The notes beneath the pieces were generated by a model. That model made no database searches. It saw only the letters and a program-made list of their open reading frames with translations, and had not been told where the DNA came from. Made by a program: the position numbers and the translations under genes. DNA of 64,000 nucleotides from Monocercomonoides exilis PA203 (taxonomy: Eukaryota; Protista; Preaxostyla), in the NCBI GenBank assembly GCA_001643675.2, contig LSRY02000002.1, positions 2,232,001 through 2,296,000 on the forward strand. The letters are read 5' to 3'. Numbering within the stretch: position 1 is the first letter of the stretch; each line of letters begins with the position of its first letter. Positions 43,301 to 53,164 of this stretch are shown here, in pieces.

Positions 43301-46300
43301 GTGTGTTTATCCAATGAATTGGAAATTGTTGATTGCTCGGTAACTCCACTGTCCAACAGCGCAAATTTTTCACTTGGATACTCATTTATTGTTGGAATTG
43401 GAGGAAGAATAAAGATCCACTCATTTATGCAAAATGGATTGTCTGTTTCTGATCAAACAGCACTTTTCAAAATAGAGGAGTCATGTTCACTGGAGTGTGT
43501 ATGGTGCACTTTTGGTGGAATAAAAAGAAAAAATGGGAATGGAGGGTTTCTCGAGATGAGAGGAGGTGGAGCAACAGGAGGAGGAGGAGGAAGAAGGATG
43601 TTATTGATTGACGGATGCGAATTTGGGGACTGTTGTGTTGAAGAAGAAGGATGTTGTGGAGGAGGGATATATGTTGAGCTGATGGCAGAGGATAGCTTTG
43701 TTGTGAATGGATCAAGCATTTTTGAAGGATGCAAAACATCCACTTCAGTAACAAATGGAGGGAAAGGAGGAGGAATGATAATATTGTTGAATGATATCAC
43801 AGGAACATTTTTGATTGGCGATGCTGTGAAATTCTCCAAAGAAAACCCAAATGATGCAATTTGTGGGAAGGATATATTTGTTCAATGTGGAGATGGGATT
43901 TTGCTGAAGGATAAAATTTCTTCAAGCAGTTTCGGTTTCTTTGAAGATTCGGGAGCGCAGCTCGAAGTGTTGTCACATAGCGGAAGTGAAAAAGGAGAAG
44001 AAGAGTTGATAATTCCTCTTGCTGTGTATTTGTGTGCACTTCCATCACCAGTAATTGTTGATGGAAGCTCAGGTGTTGATCATAGTCACTGTGGTTTTTC
44101 CTATTTTCCATGTTATTCGATGGATTATTGTGCAAAAGAGCGATTAACAAGAAATATTAATCAAATGAAATTCACTGCTTCCTCCACGTTGTGTGGTGAG
44201 GTGACTTTTTCAGATTTTTCAGTCATTGTCAACTCAACTTCGGACGATGTTTCTGTTGCCATTCGTGATGAAGGATCGTGCATTTTGAGCAGTCTAATTG
44301 AATGCTCCATTGATGTTTCAATTTCAAAACTGGGATTCAAACTCCCATATTTAATGCAGGAATCACACATCTCATTTATTTCGTCAACTGTCAAATTGGA
44401 ATTGTCAAATTGTTCATTTTCTTTTCCAACAATTTCTTCAGACACATCAATCAACTTTTGTGTTATTGAGGTGAAAGAAGGAGATGCAGATTTGAGTGAA
44501 ATAACAATTTGTGAGGATATCACTTTTGATGCGTCATCATTCATTGTTGTTGAAAGTGCTCACGAGTGCACAATTGGAAATGGCTCGTTCAGTGGAATGA
44601 AACAAGAAAATGGGAATGGTGGCTGCATCAAGATAAAACGCTGTTTGGGGAGTCAAGCATCCATTTGTGTGAATAATTGTTCAATATCTTCGTCATGCAT
44701 TAAAGGTAATGGGTTGAGAGGAGGAGGAATAAAGGTCTCTCTGATGTCACATTCTGTTCTTTCTGTGGAAAAATCAAACTTTTCTGCCTGTGCCGTTCCA
44801 GTTTCTGAAGCTGATGAAAATGGGAAAGGATTAGGAGGCGGAGTGTTCATTGAAGTTGACGATAATGAAAGTTCAATGGAATTGCGTGACGTCCAGTTTG
44901 AATTCTGTTCTGCATGGAAGGGAAATAATGTGTTCATTATTGGAAACACTCTTTCGGAGATTGTTACGAGCAACTCATTTATCTTTGATCAAAGTGGAAT
45001 GGAGGAGAATGATTTGATGGGATTTGAACGCTCAACAACAAAAGAAGAACTTTTTATTCCGCTGGAATTGTATTTCCGAGAGTTTGGAAAAGAAGGATTT
45101 GTTGGCGGAGAAATGGATGAAGGATATGATCATTCTGGGTGTGGATTTGCAGATTATCCGTGCCAGACAATTCATTTTCTTCTTTCGCTTCGATATTCAG
45201 AAAACTCCATGTGTGCAAATATCAAGCTGCTTCCTTCATTTGTGTTTACTGATGCCCTGATTCTTGAATCACAAGAAATGATTTTCAAAGTGGAAATTAA
45301 CGGAACAAATATTTTCGTTAACGAAGAAGGAACAACGGTTGGAGGTGGGTTGATTGAAACCCGTGAAAAGATCACATTTGAAGGAATTGAATTTATTGTT
45401 CCTTTTTTCTTTTCAAATGTTCAGAGAAAAAGTCTATTTTTATGTGCTAATGGTATTTTGACTCTTATTGACAGTTCACTAAAGGCCGCATCTGGTTCAC
45501 TGGCATATAGTTTTGTAATTATTCAAGGAGGGAAAATAGTGATGCAGAATGTCCAAATATCACTGATTGATTTCGGAGATGTTGCAGTTGTGGAATTAAG
45601 TGGAACTGGAGTTTATGGTGTTTTTGATGGAGTTGAAATGGAAAACATTCGAAAAGATGGAACAGAAGGACTGATCAGAATAAGTGATGGTGCTTCTTTG
45701 GAAGTTTTTAATTCGAAGGCAGCTGGGCCACAGCAGTTCAGCAATCATGGAGTGATAGAAATAGATGCACTGTCTTCGTTATCAGTGAGCAGCACAAATT
45801 TCAGTCTTTTGACACGAAACGCAGGAAGCGGAGCTGCAGTTTGTGGAACAATTGGAAGAGGGAAAAAGATAGAGGTGCGCGAATGCAATATTTCTTCAAT
45901 CTCATGTCTGGCCTCAGAAGCAAGAGGTGGAAGTGTCCTAGCATCCTTGAATGAAGGAGGGGCACTGATATTTGAGAACAACACCGTGCAAATGTGCAAA
46001 GTGAACAAAACAGACGGATTAGGGGGAGGGTTGCACTTGACATTTGCTTCCGCTGAAGTGGAATATTCAATGAGAGGGAATACTTTTAAAGACAACGATG
46101 GATATCTGGGGTATGATGTTTATCTTGTGTGTCCAACACCTCGTCTTGCAGTTGACAAAAACAAATGGGTTGGATCAGTTGAGGAAGGGCAGGACAACAA
46201 GACGCTTTGGGCGATTGATCCTGAGTTTCCATTGGGAAATGACACGATGATGAAGTATCTTTTTGGACAACCGGACAGTATTATCTATGTGAACACAGAG

Positions 46301-49300
46301 CGAGGACTGAAAGAAGGATGTGGTGCAGAAGATTTGCCGTGCATTGAACTGTCTTATGGATTTGGAAAAATGGTTGGAGAGAAAAATTCACTGGTAGTGA
46401 TTTCATTGTGTGAGCTGAAAGGCGAAATCAATAGAGAAATGGAGCCAATGACAATTTCAGGAAGTGGTGAAAATGGAAGCGATGTGATTGTGAACAAGGA
46501 AGGGCATCTGGTGATGACTGTTGGGACAAGATTAAGCAGAATTTCAATTGATCGAATCAAGTTTTTACTTCCTGAAGAATCTTTGTATGATGAGCTGATG
46601 AAAATAGGAGTTGGAACAGTGTACTTTGTCTCATGTGTATTTGGTGGAAGTGCTGATTCAAGCACTCAAACAAGCATGATGATTGTTAATGGATGTGATG
46701 GATTTGTTCAGTTTGATAATGCAACAGTTCAAAACACAAAGTTTGTGAATAGAAAAGGAGTTGCGTCGATGAAGCGTGGATCTCTTGCTCTTATTGAAGT
46801 GAAGATTAAGAATGTTTCAGCAACAGGAAATATTGTGAAATGCAACGAAGTTATGAGGATGGAAATAAAAAGCAATTGCAGTTTTGAGAATTGTTCTTCA
46901 CAAGATGATGGAGGAGCTCTGAAATGCAGCCTGAGTGAAGGAGGAGAAATGATAATTGCTGACGCAACTATACTGAAATGCTCGACAAAGAAAAATGATG
47001 GAAAAGGAGGAGGGATATTCATGAGTGTTGTGAATGAGTCAACATCAGATTACATACTGCGGAACTTGACATTCGCTTTGAATGAGGCAAGCGAAGGAAA
47101 AGATGTGTTTTTGAACAGTTATGATCTCAATTTAACTGTGACAAACAACAGATTTGTGACGAATCTTGTTGATGAAACAGGAGCAGTGATTGTGAATATG
47201 AAAGGAATTGATGCAGTGAGATTTAATGAGGGAATTGATTTGTTGTTGTTTCTCATTAAAAGAGAATCAAATTCGGTTGAAATTTCGGAAGATGGATTTG
47301 ATATCCTTGGATGTGGCGAGCACGAACATCCGTGCAACACATTCTGGAGGGGGTTCGAAAATGTGAAAGCAGAATCGCCCAAAAAGAAAATAGAGGTGAG
47401 CGGATTGTGTGTGATCAATGATTCTTATGATTTGTCTCGTTTTTCAGTCAAGTCTGCTGAAGAAGAAAAGCCAACAATCTTGATATTTGAAAGTGGTGTC
47501 GATGGAAGTTCTGGTGATGCAATTCTTGTGAATAAAGAATCATTAAATGTTGAATGGATTTCATTTGACTTTTCAATCTCCTTTTCGTCAAAAAAGTCTG
47601 ATATAATTTTGACGGAAGGAGAAAGCTCTATTCTGAGAATATGGAACTGTTCTTTCAAAAATACAGAAAGAATAAAATTGGTTCAGACAGTTGTCCATTC
47701 AAGTGGTGGATATGTCGAAGTGAAGGATGTTAAGGTGAATAATTTCGAATCTGCAATTGCCCCATTTCACTTTTCATCTTCTTGTGAAATTGCAAAGTGC
47801 ACATTTGAAGATTTGAGTTCAGAAGAGGAGGAAGCAAAGGGAGGTGTTATACGAATAGAATTGAAGAACGAAGAGGCGTGCATTGTTAAAGATGTTCAAA
47901 CAAGGAAGTGCGAATGCTCAAAGGAAAACGGAAAGGGAGGGTGGATGTTTATGGATTGTTCTTTATCATCCGTTGAACATCCATTTTTGTTCAATAATGT
48001 GAGTTTTTTGGTGAATAATGCAACGTTTGGAAAGAACATGTTTATCGAATCATTCAACTTGAATACAACTGTGACTTTGGAGACATTTTTATTTGCAATG
48101 GATGAATTGAAAGACGATGGCAATTTGCTTGTGGGAAGCGATGACGTGTTTGAGAAAGCGGATCTATTTAGGTTTCTGGTGGAATATCTAAATGAGAGCA
48201 TCTACGTATCATCAAAAGGGCATGATGTGATGAGATGCGGTTCGATTGAAGATCCATGCATGACAATGTGGAAGGGATTAAAGCATATAATAACAGAGGG
48301 TGACAGAAGAGAAAAGAAGATAGTTGTGATTAATCGAGTGCTTTTTCAGGACAGTTATGATTTATCTGGGTTTGCTCTTGAATCATCAGAAATCGATGAA
48401 ACGGAAGGAGGTGACAAAGAAGATTCAAAATCAATCGTTGATGTGACAAATAATGCAGGAGAAAGAAGCTTAGTGACTGTGAGAAACAAACAAAGTTTCA
48501 GGATGAAACAGATAACTTTATCCATCGCAGAAGGATTTGAGAACGATGAAAAATGTGTGATTATGAATGAAGATGGATCTCTGAGAATTGAGGATTGTGT
48601 TTTTGAGACAAAAGGAACAGTTGAAAATTGCGGAGACTATTCATTTGTTATTGTTAAACAAGGAGAGCTTGTGGCAAACAAGCTTGAGCTGCATCAAGGA
48701 AATGTGAAACGATCGATTATTCAACTTTGCACCGGATGTGGTTGTAGTGTTGATGCGTTTGTGGTTGAATGGACAACAATATCTGATGGTTGTGTAATTT
48801 GTGTGATTGACAGAAATTTGTCAAACAGCGCAAAGAATACCTTAATTCAAATAAATGGTTCCTCTTTCAGTTCCTTATCAACAAATGGCCCGAACCCATG
48901 TGTTGTCGAAAGCAATTCTTTTTGTTGTGTCGAAGCAAGTTTGAACGAAACGCGAATGGAGATGAGCAAAGCGAGCAATTGTCAGAAGGGAGGAGTCGTT
49001 TTCATGAGATTGCATTCTCGAGGGAAGCTGACAATGAAGCAATGTGAGGTTGTCCAGTGTGGATGCGATTTTGAGGAAGGTCGAGGAGGAGGAGCGTATA
49101 TTGCAACTGAGGAAAGTGGAGAGATGGATTTCCTGTTTCAGAGCACTATATTTAAAGGGAATAATGCAAAGATAGGAAATGATATATTTGTTGAATGTGT
49201 TTCGATATTTGACCAGATTAATGAAACACAGTTTCGGATGGATCTTCGAGAAGAATCATTTAACAGGAAAAATGCGATTTGGGGAATTGACATGGTTGCA

Positions 49301-52282
49301 GACTCACCAGTTGATTTGATGTTTTATATTACTGTTCACCAAGCGGATACGATCATTGTTTCTTCAGCAAGCGGAAAAGGAGGAAGCAACGAGCGACAGT
49401 GCGGATCGAGAGATCTTCCATGTCTTTCGCTGGATTATGGGTTATCTCACTTGACATGCGATTTGGATAGCAGAATTCTTGTTGATACTGAAGGGCTAAT
49501 TGCGAATGAAATGGAGTTGAGAGAAGTGACAGTGTCGAGCAAGAGTGGAAATGGATGTGAGGTGAAATTTGTTAGTGACATTGAGAAGACTGAAGAAAGC
49601 CTGATTCAAGTGTTTGGAAATGTTCAAGTATCCAGAGTAAAGTTTTTATTTGACACTGATTTCAGTTCTATTCATCGTTGTTTGTTTTCGATGGAAGGTG
49701 AGCAGTTGATTTTTATTTCTTGTGCATTTTCGGTGAAAACAGCAGACAGAAGCAACGGTGGAATTCTGCCATTTGAATTGATTCAAGTGAAAGAAGGATG
49801 TCTGACAATTTCTGAAATGGAGATCAAGAATATGTCTTTTGAATCAAATGCAATATTGCGGATTTGTGAGAATTCAAAAGAAGTGAAATTAGAGAAATTG
49901 ATGATCAGTGATATCTTGTTGAATTCAGGATGTGTTATACTGAAGGAATCAGCAAATATATTGAAAAATGAATTGGAGCCAACAAATGGATTGCAACTTA
50001 TGCTATCCAATTTTTCAAATATCACAAGCGTGATAGAATGTCCAAAATGCATTGAAATTTGCGCGTCAAATCAACTGATGTCAATTAAAAATTGCAGTTT
50101 TGTGAGATGTGCTTCAAAATCTGAGATTGGAAAAATAATGAGAGGAGAAAGGTGCACAAACATAAGTTTGGAATCTTGTTTGTTTGATGGAGAAACGAGC
50201 GAAGCCGAAATGGAGATTAATACCATGGATGCTTCAGAAATCTGCAAATGGAATAGCTCTGTAATCGATCTTATGAATTCAAATTCGTTGATGAAAGATA
50301 ATATGATGGCCAATGCATCTCTTGGTGCATTGACGATAAGAGGAGGAAATTGTATTATTGAAAAAGGAGAGTTCAATAATAACAACCCCAGAATTGAACT
50401 TTTCCCATCAGCAAGAAGAAATATTCTATGTGAAAAGGAAGGAAAGCTCAACATTGAAAGTCTGAAAGGAGGTGATGGGATGGAGAGAAACGCATCACTG
50501 TGGATATTGAATGATGGATGCGAACTTTCGGGAATAGTGTTGGAAAGAGCATCAGAGTTTTTCATCCCAACGCTTGAAGCAGTGGAGATGAAGGAAGTTG
50601 GGGACGCAATTGAACTGACATTCAGAGGAACGGTTCTTCTGCCGTGCGACCTGCAGTTCCAGATTGTGTCAAGGATGGGAGAAGTCAGCTCGATTGAGAA
50701 ACATGCATTTTCAGATGAAGACTTTGTTTCGGAGGTGGAAGTGCACGGAAGGATTGGATCATCGTTGATTAATTCAGTAGGGGATGAGGTTGAGGTCAGT
50801 GCACACATCTTGTTTGGAAATTCAAATTCCCCTTCAACAACTGAATCATTCATTTTGAAGAACAGAAGCGAGAGTGAACTGAAAGGGGATGAAAACTTTG
50901 TGGAAGGTGAAAACAAAGAAATGTCCATTTGGCTGATTGTTGTTGTTATATTAGCTGTGATGTTTCTAATTGTTCTTGTTGTTTCGATTGCATTGGCAGT
51001 TCGGTGGAGAAAACAAAAGAGAAGAACAAAAGAATTGGAAGTGATTGTGGAAGACACAGTGAGAAAGGATCCAAAGGTATTTGAGATGGTGACAATGGAG
51101 ATGTCACCTGAAGAGCAATGGAGGAGAGCAGAGAGGGAGGCTGAGAAGAAAAATGAAGAGAGAATAAAGAAGAGAGTGTATGACAAGACACTGGAACATT
51201 CAGAGTCATCAGAGCACCTTCTTTCCGAAAGCGGCTCCACTGAATACATTTTGGGGAGAGATTCAGGCAAGATCCCTCAATGGATGCTGGAGAAAGTGGA
51301 TGAGAAGGAAGAAGAAGAGACAAGAAAGAGAACGCCATCGCCATCCGTCTCATCCACTTCAACCACAGACACTTCAGATACGGAATCCACATTTGTTCGA
51401 ATGGAAGATGCGTGCCCGACCACTTCATCTATGTCGAATCTGGTGGATGCGATGGCCTGTTCATCTCCTCATGAGAAGCTGATTGTGGATCTGAGGGATT
51501 CGCTGTTCATGATGCTTCATGGGAGGAACGAGAAGAAGCTGATGGCGATCGGAACTTTGGAGGAGCGGGTGATGACTGGTGCTCAGATCCTGTTCTGGGT
51601 GGCCAATCTTGCTCTCCACTCCTTTGATGAAATGGAAAATCCTCTCCAATCACTGGCAAATCTGAGCCCTCACATTATTCTCTTCTCAGAACACATGGTT
51701 ATCTGCGTTGCCCTCCACTCGGACTGCTCTTCAGACTCCGACACTTCCTCCATTTCGTCAACATCCACCGTTGTCACATCTTCCTCTGATGTTTCTGTGA
51801 AGAGCGAGAGATTCACAAACTCACCTCCACCTTCATCTGCCTTTGAGGATGATGATGATCTCAGGAAGGAGTGCTTGCGGTGGAAAGCTCCGGAACTGAT
51901 GAACGGGGAAAAGCAGCATGCGACGAAGAAGACTGCAGTGTTCTCGATTGGGATGATGCTGTGGGAATGTCTGACGCTGCAGATCCCGTTTGGGGAGTAC
52001 GAGGCAGTGGTGGCGGGGCAGAAGATTGTGAATGGGGAGAGGCCAGCGATAGGTGCAGAGCTTCTGGGGTGCTTCAACGATGCGGTTGCTGGGTGCCTGT
52101 CACCTGGGTGGCAGAGCAGGCCAACGCTTGTCGATCTGAAGCGAGAGTTCATCCAGCGATTTCCAGCAGGGTCAGTGATGCTGACTGTGTCAGATGCGAT
52201 CGATGTTGCAGGGGGTGCAGGAAGAGGCAACTGCAGCAGGATTGTGACAAGCGACAGTGGCAGCGAGAGTTGGTTCAGCTGA
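40379..52282 (+). CDS. Giant intronless surface receptor-like protein (about 3,970 aa), paralog of the 13621-22725 gene, with C-terminal degenerate kinase C-lobe
   Basis: ORF 40340..52282; first ATG 40379 (MIGWPSTIFCFSIMICEIFLVDA, signal-like). Repeated G.D...CG....PC and GGG(I/V)/GGAL motifs; TM IWLIVVVILAVMFLIVLVVSIALAV (about 50927-51000); RWKAPE, VFSIGMMLWECLTLQIPF, CLSPGWQSRP. Confidence 0.87.
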   Translation: MIGWPSTIFCFSIMICEIFLVDAVPIEEELEVLRNSFFSLRNERVEKDDFNKVAKIESCSPHHFFEKKEMNEQTSLLLNFLSKNSSTEFAKITFRRYQNGWFFELDTHSNSIFRNVKFLHFQDEKMPLFFSNGYLQMINVTLRRDYQKPLVKTDFAIVQCANEGSTSIRDSNFLDSFVSATSHFLCDGSLNAVQVKECSFRNITWGISREKCVQKRIVDGLIQDCSFSFVSNGIDGVLFPTQGIRSMKVSNSTFSKCNGNCPIGRMTYSTGLIEVFDCPLISVNSSSELFGGALYISGDAKLSVMRCFFKSCQVGASNNSGYGEGGALNINSTILSSVVDSNFSNCVSGYTGAACYSQSSKFQGCVFWNGSSQHYGSLCFQPSIEGADLIECKCLNGNALRHGGAISFSPRLSTSFFVTNCLFKGNNGGPECGTAYCWGSNYTSEIFWIFCFLEDNYALDSKNGIKYYGSYMGNVQQSDFVETYSFNIQGSVLFIERKVFGDKSEWIPSPTQYNETFISAEYGNDEFEMCGHASRECKTLGHAFEKLGDAFRKSPIFVKRGEYVEKVLNVGTKRIRIIGEPQSNTVIKMNSAASGNDLFIVDGGLLDITSFTLIPQASASSISSTVFFVIKGYCSVDQCIFTNPQTINGVLNLFSSVVKVIDGKMILSECILKDMEFDGSPCLSFSNTADFLFNSSCFLNIIRRNGNGGIVETELQSSQNLLLNNISFMECQLLNGNGGGVCVTLNSDCILKIGSLTEVSLASCSVPTDASLKGKGGGLFLKLNPGSENFELNKLVLGNGNKAWKGKSIFLDAESLSAVADYSHFVSCISLDRSKEEEIMGFNGDHEGYAVPLLFYFQKSFAGPAFVGGTNNLDFDQCGYSGYPCSTLEKAVQLRFEGSPREIVVNEGFEWKEVVEMKSYEWRVRTMVKGRNVKVLPARDATERGMVIVSKRSSITNISFALCSALSETSHTFIVCLSNELEIVDCSVTPLSNSANFSLGYSFIVGIGGRIKIHSFMQNGLSVSDQTALFKIEESCSLECVWCTFGGIKRKNGNGGFLEMRGGGATGGGGGRRMLLIDGCEFGDCCVEEEGCCGGGIYVELMAEDSFVVNGSSIFEGCKTSTSVTNGGKGGGMIILLNDITGTFLIGDAVKFSKENPNDAICGKDIFVQCGDGILLKDKISSSSFGFFEDSGAQLEVLSHSGSEKGEEELIIPLAVYLCALPSPVIVDGSSGVDHSHCGFSYFPCYSMDYCAKERLTRNINQMKFTASSTLCGEVTFSDFSVIVNSTSDDVSVAIRDEGSCILSSLIECSIDVSISKLGFKLPYLMQESHISFISSTVKLELSNCSFSFPTISSDTSINFCVIEVKEGDADLSEITICEDITFDASSFIVVESAHECTIGNGSFSGMKQENGNGGCIKIKRCLGSQASICVNNCSISSSCIKGNGLRGGGIKVSLMSHSVLSVEKSNFSACAVPVSEADENGKGLGGGVFIEVDDNESSMELRDVQFEFCSAWKGNNVFIIGNTLSEIVTSNSFIFDQSGMEENDLMGFERSTTKEELFIPLELYFREFGKEGFVGGEMDEGYDHSGCGFADYPCQTIHFLLSLRYSENSMCANIKLLPSFVFTDALILESQEMIFKVEINGTNIFVNEEGTTVGGGLIETREKITFEGIEFIVPFFFSNVQRKSLFLCANGILTLIDSSLKAASGSLAYSFVIIQGGKIVMQNVQISLIDFGDVAVVELSGTGVYGVFDGVEMENIRKDGTEGLIRISDGASLEVFNSKAAGPQQFSNHGVIEIDALSSLSVSSTNFSLLTRNAGSGAAVCGTIGRGKKIEVRECNISSISCLASEARGGSVLASLNEGGALIFENNTVQMCKVNKTDGLGGGLHLTFASAEVEYSMRGNTFKDNDGYLGYDVYLVCPTPRLAVDKNKWVGSVEEGQDNKTLWAIDPEFPLGNDTMMKYLFGQPDSIIYVNTERGLKEGCGAEDLPCIELSYGFGKMVGEKNSLVVISLCELKGEINREMEPMTISGSGENGSDVIVNKEGHLVMTVGTRLSRISIDRIKFLLPEESLYDELMKIGVGTVYFVSCVFGGSADSSTQTSMMIVNGCDGFVQFDNATVQNTKFVNRKGVASMKRGSLALIEVKIKNVSATGNIVKCNEVMRMEIKSNCSFENCSSQDDGGALKCSLSEGGEMIIADATILKCSTKKNDGKGGGIFMSVVNESTSDYILRNLTFALNEASEGKDVFLNSYDLNLTVTNNRFVTNLVDETGAVIVNMKGIDAVRFNEGIDLLLFLIKRESNSVEISEDGFDILGCGEHEHPCNTFWRGFENVKAESPKKKIEVSGLCVINDSYDLSRFSVKSAEEEKPTILIFESGVDGSSGDAILVNKESLNVEWISFDFSISFSSKKSDIILTEGESSILRIWNCSFKNTERIKLVQTVVHSSGGYVEVKDVKVNNFESAIAPFHFSSSCEIAKCTFEDLSSEEEEAKGGVIRIELKNEEACIVKDVQTRKCECSKENGKGGWMFMDCSLSSVEHPFLFNNVSFLVNNATFGKNMFIESFNLNTTVTLETFLFAMDELKDDGNLLVGSDDVFEKADLFRFLVEYLNESIYVSSKGHDVMRCGSIEDPCMTMWKGLKHIITEGDRREKKIVVINRVLFQDSYDLSGFALESSEIDETEGGDKEDSKSIVDVTNNAGERSLVTVRNKQSFRMKQITLSIAEGFENDEKCVIMNEDGSLRIEDCVFETKGTVENCGDYSFVIVKQGELVANKLELHQGNVKRSIIQLCTGCGCSVDAFVVEWTTISDGCVICVIDRNLSNSAKNTLIQINGSSFSSLSTNGPNPCVVESNSFCCVEASLNETRMEMSKASNCQKGGVVFMRLHSRGKLTMKQCEVVQCGCDFEEGRGGGAYIATEESGEMDFLFQSTIFKGNNAKIGNDIFVECVSIFDQINETQFRMDLREESFNRKNAIWGIDMVADSPVDLMFYITVHQADTIIVSSASGKGGSNERQCGSRDLPCLSLDYGLSHLTCDLDSRILVDTEGLIANEMELREVTVSSKSGNGCEVKFVSDIEKTEESLIQVFGNVQVSRVKFLFDTDFSSIHRCLFSMEGEQLIFISCAFSVKTADRSNGGILPFELIQVKEGCLTISEMEIKNMSFESNAILRICENSKEVKLEKLMISDILLNSGCVILKESANILKNELEPTNGLQLMLSNFSNITSVIECPKCIEICASNQLMSIKNCSFVRCASKSEIGKIMRGERCTNISLESCLFDGETSEAEMEINTMDASEICKWNSSVIDLMNSNSLMKDNMMANASLGALTIRGGNCIIEKGEFNNNNPRIELFPSARRNILCEKEGKLNIESLKGGDGMERNASLWILNDGCELSGIVLERASEFFIPTLEAVEMKEVGDAIELTFRGTVLLPCDLQFQIVSRMGEVSSIEKHAFSDEDFVSEVEVHGRIGSSLINSVGDEVEVSAHILFGNSNSPSTTESFILKNRSESELKGDENFVEGENKEMSIWLIVVVILAVMFLIVLVVSIALAVRWRKQKRRTKELEVIVEDTVRKDPKVFEMVTMEMSPEEQWRRAEREAEKKNEERIKKRVYDKTLEHSESSEHLLSESGSTEYILGRDSGKIPQWMLEKVDEKEEEETRKRTPSPSVSSTSTTDTSDTESTFVRMEDACPTTSSMSNLVDAMACSSPHEKLIVDLRDSLFMMLHGRNEKKLMAIGTLEERVMTGAQILFWVANLALHSFDEMENPLQSLANLSPHIILFSEHMVICVALHSDCSSDSDTSSISSTSTVVTSSSDVSVKSERFTNSPPPSSAFEDDDDLRKECLRWKAPELMNGEKQHATKKTAVFSIGMMLWECLTLQIPFGEYEAVVAGQKIVNGERPAIGAELLGCFNDAVAGCLSPGWQSRPTLVDLKREFIQRFPAGSVMLTVSDAIDVAGGAGRGNCSRIVTSDSGSESWFS

Positions 52283-53164
52283 GTGAGAGAGGAGATGTTT
52301 GAAGGATCATCGATCTGGATGATGCAGAATGAGCAACTGTGTGTGGATGATGTTGCTGTGTTTAGGTGAATGACTTTCCTGGCAGCAAAAGCCTTCAAAA
52401 TGTTCCCTTTTGCTGTTTTTTTGTGTAGTTGAAGACATTCATTTTTTTGACTTTCGTTTGTGTGTATTTATGTGTATTTATTCCATTTCTCTTTCTTCAA
52501 TTTTGTTTCGTTGTTTGTGTCTTTTCATATTATTCCGAGTTGTAATTGAATTGCATTCTCTTGATTTTCTGTAGAGATTAATATTCATAATAGTTTTGTT
52601 TATCAACATTGGCATCTCATATTCCTGAGCTGTTCGTGTGATTATTAATAAAATAATACTATCATTATGTATTGTTTATTATTATTATTTGAGAGTTTTA
52701 AAGATGAAAATGTTTTTAAATTATAGAATAATTTTAAAATTGGTAAAAAGAGAAACAAATGGAGAATCTTGGTTAAAATTGTTTTTGAAAGAAAATGATT
52801 CCATTTATTTTTTCGAACGAAGGTTTGATAATTTAAAATTACAGAGAGAAAAAGAAAGTTTCAAATTATGAAACGCCTGTTTTTTTACAACATGATATTT
52901 GCGAAATAATATTTGAAAAAATTATTGAACCAATATTAATTTATATTGCTAAAAAAATGGTTTTTGCTTGATGGTAAATGTGATTCAAATGATAACAGAA
53001 ATTAACTTGAGTGTTTTGAAGCAGAAATTTTGTTTCAGTCATTCAAAAATAACATTGTAATTTTATGGTTTTAAAATTGAAAGAACAAGTTTCGTGTGCT
53101 AAACTTGAGACAAAGTTTCTTAAATTTTGCAAAAATGCAATTTACGTTCGTTATCGAATAATAA

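Noticed and set aside
41418-52398. Minus-strand ORFs within the second giant gene (e.g. 50071..51270, 51670..52398)
   Set aside because: Same antisense-shadow effect; no independent coding signal.
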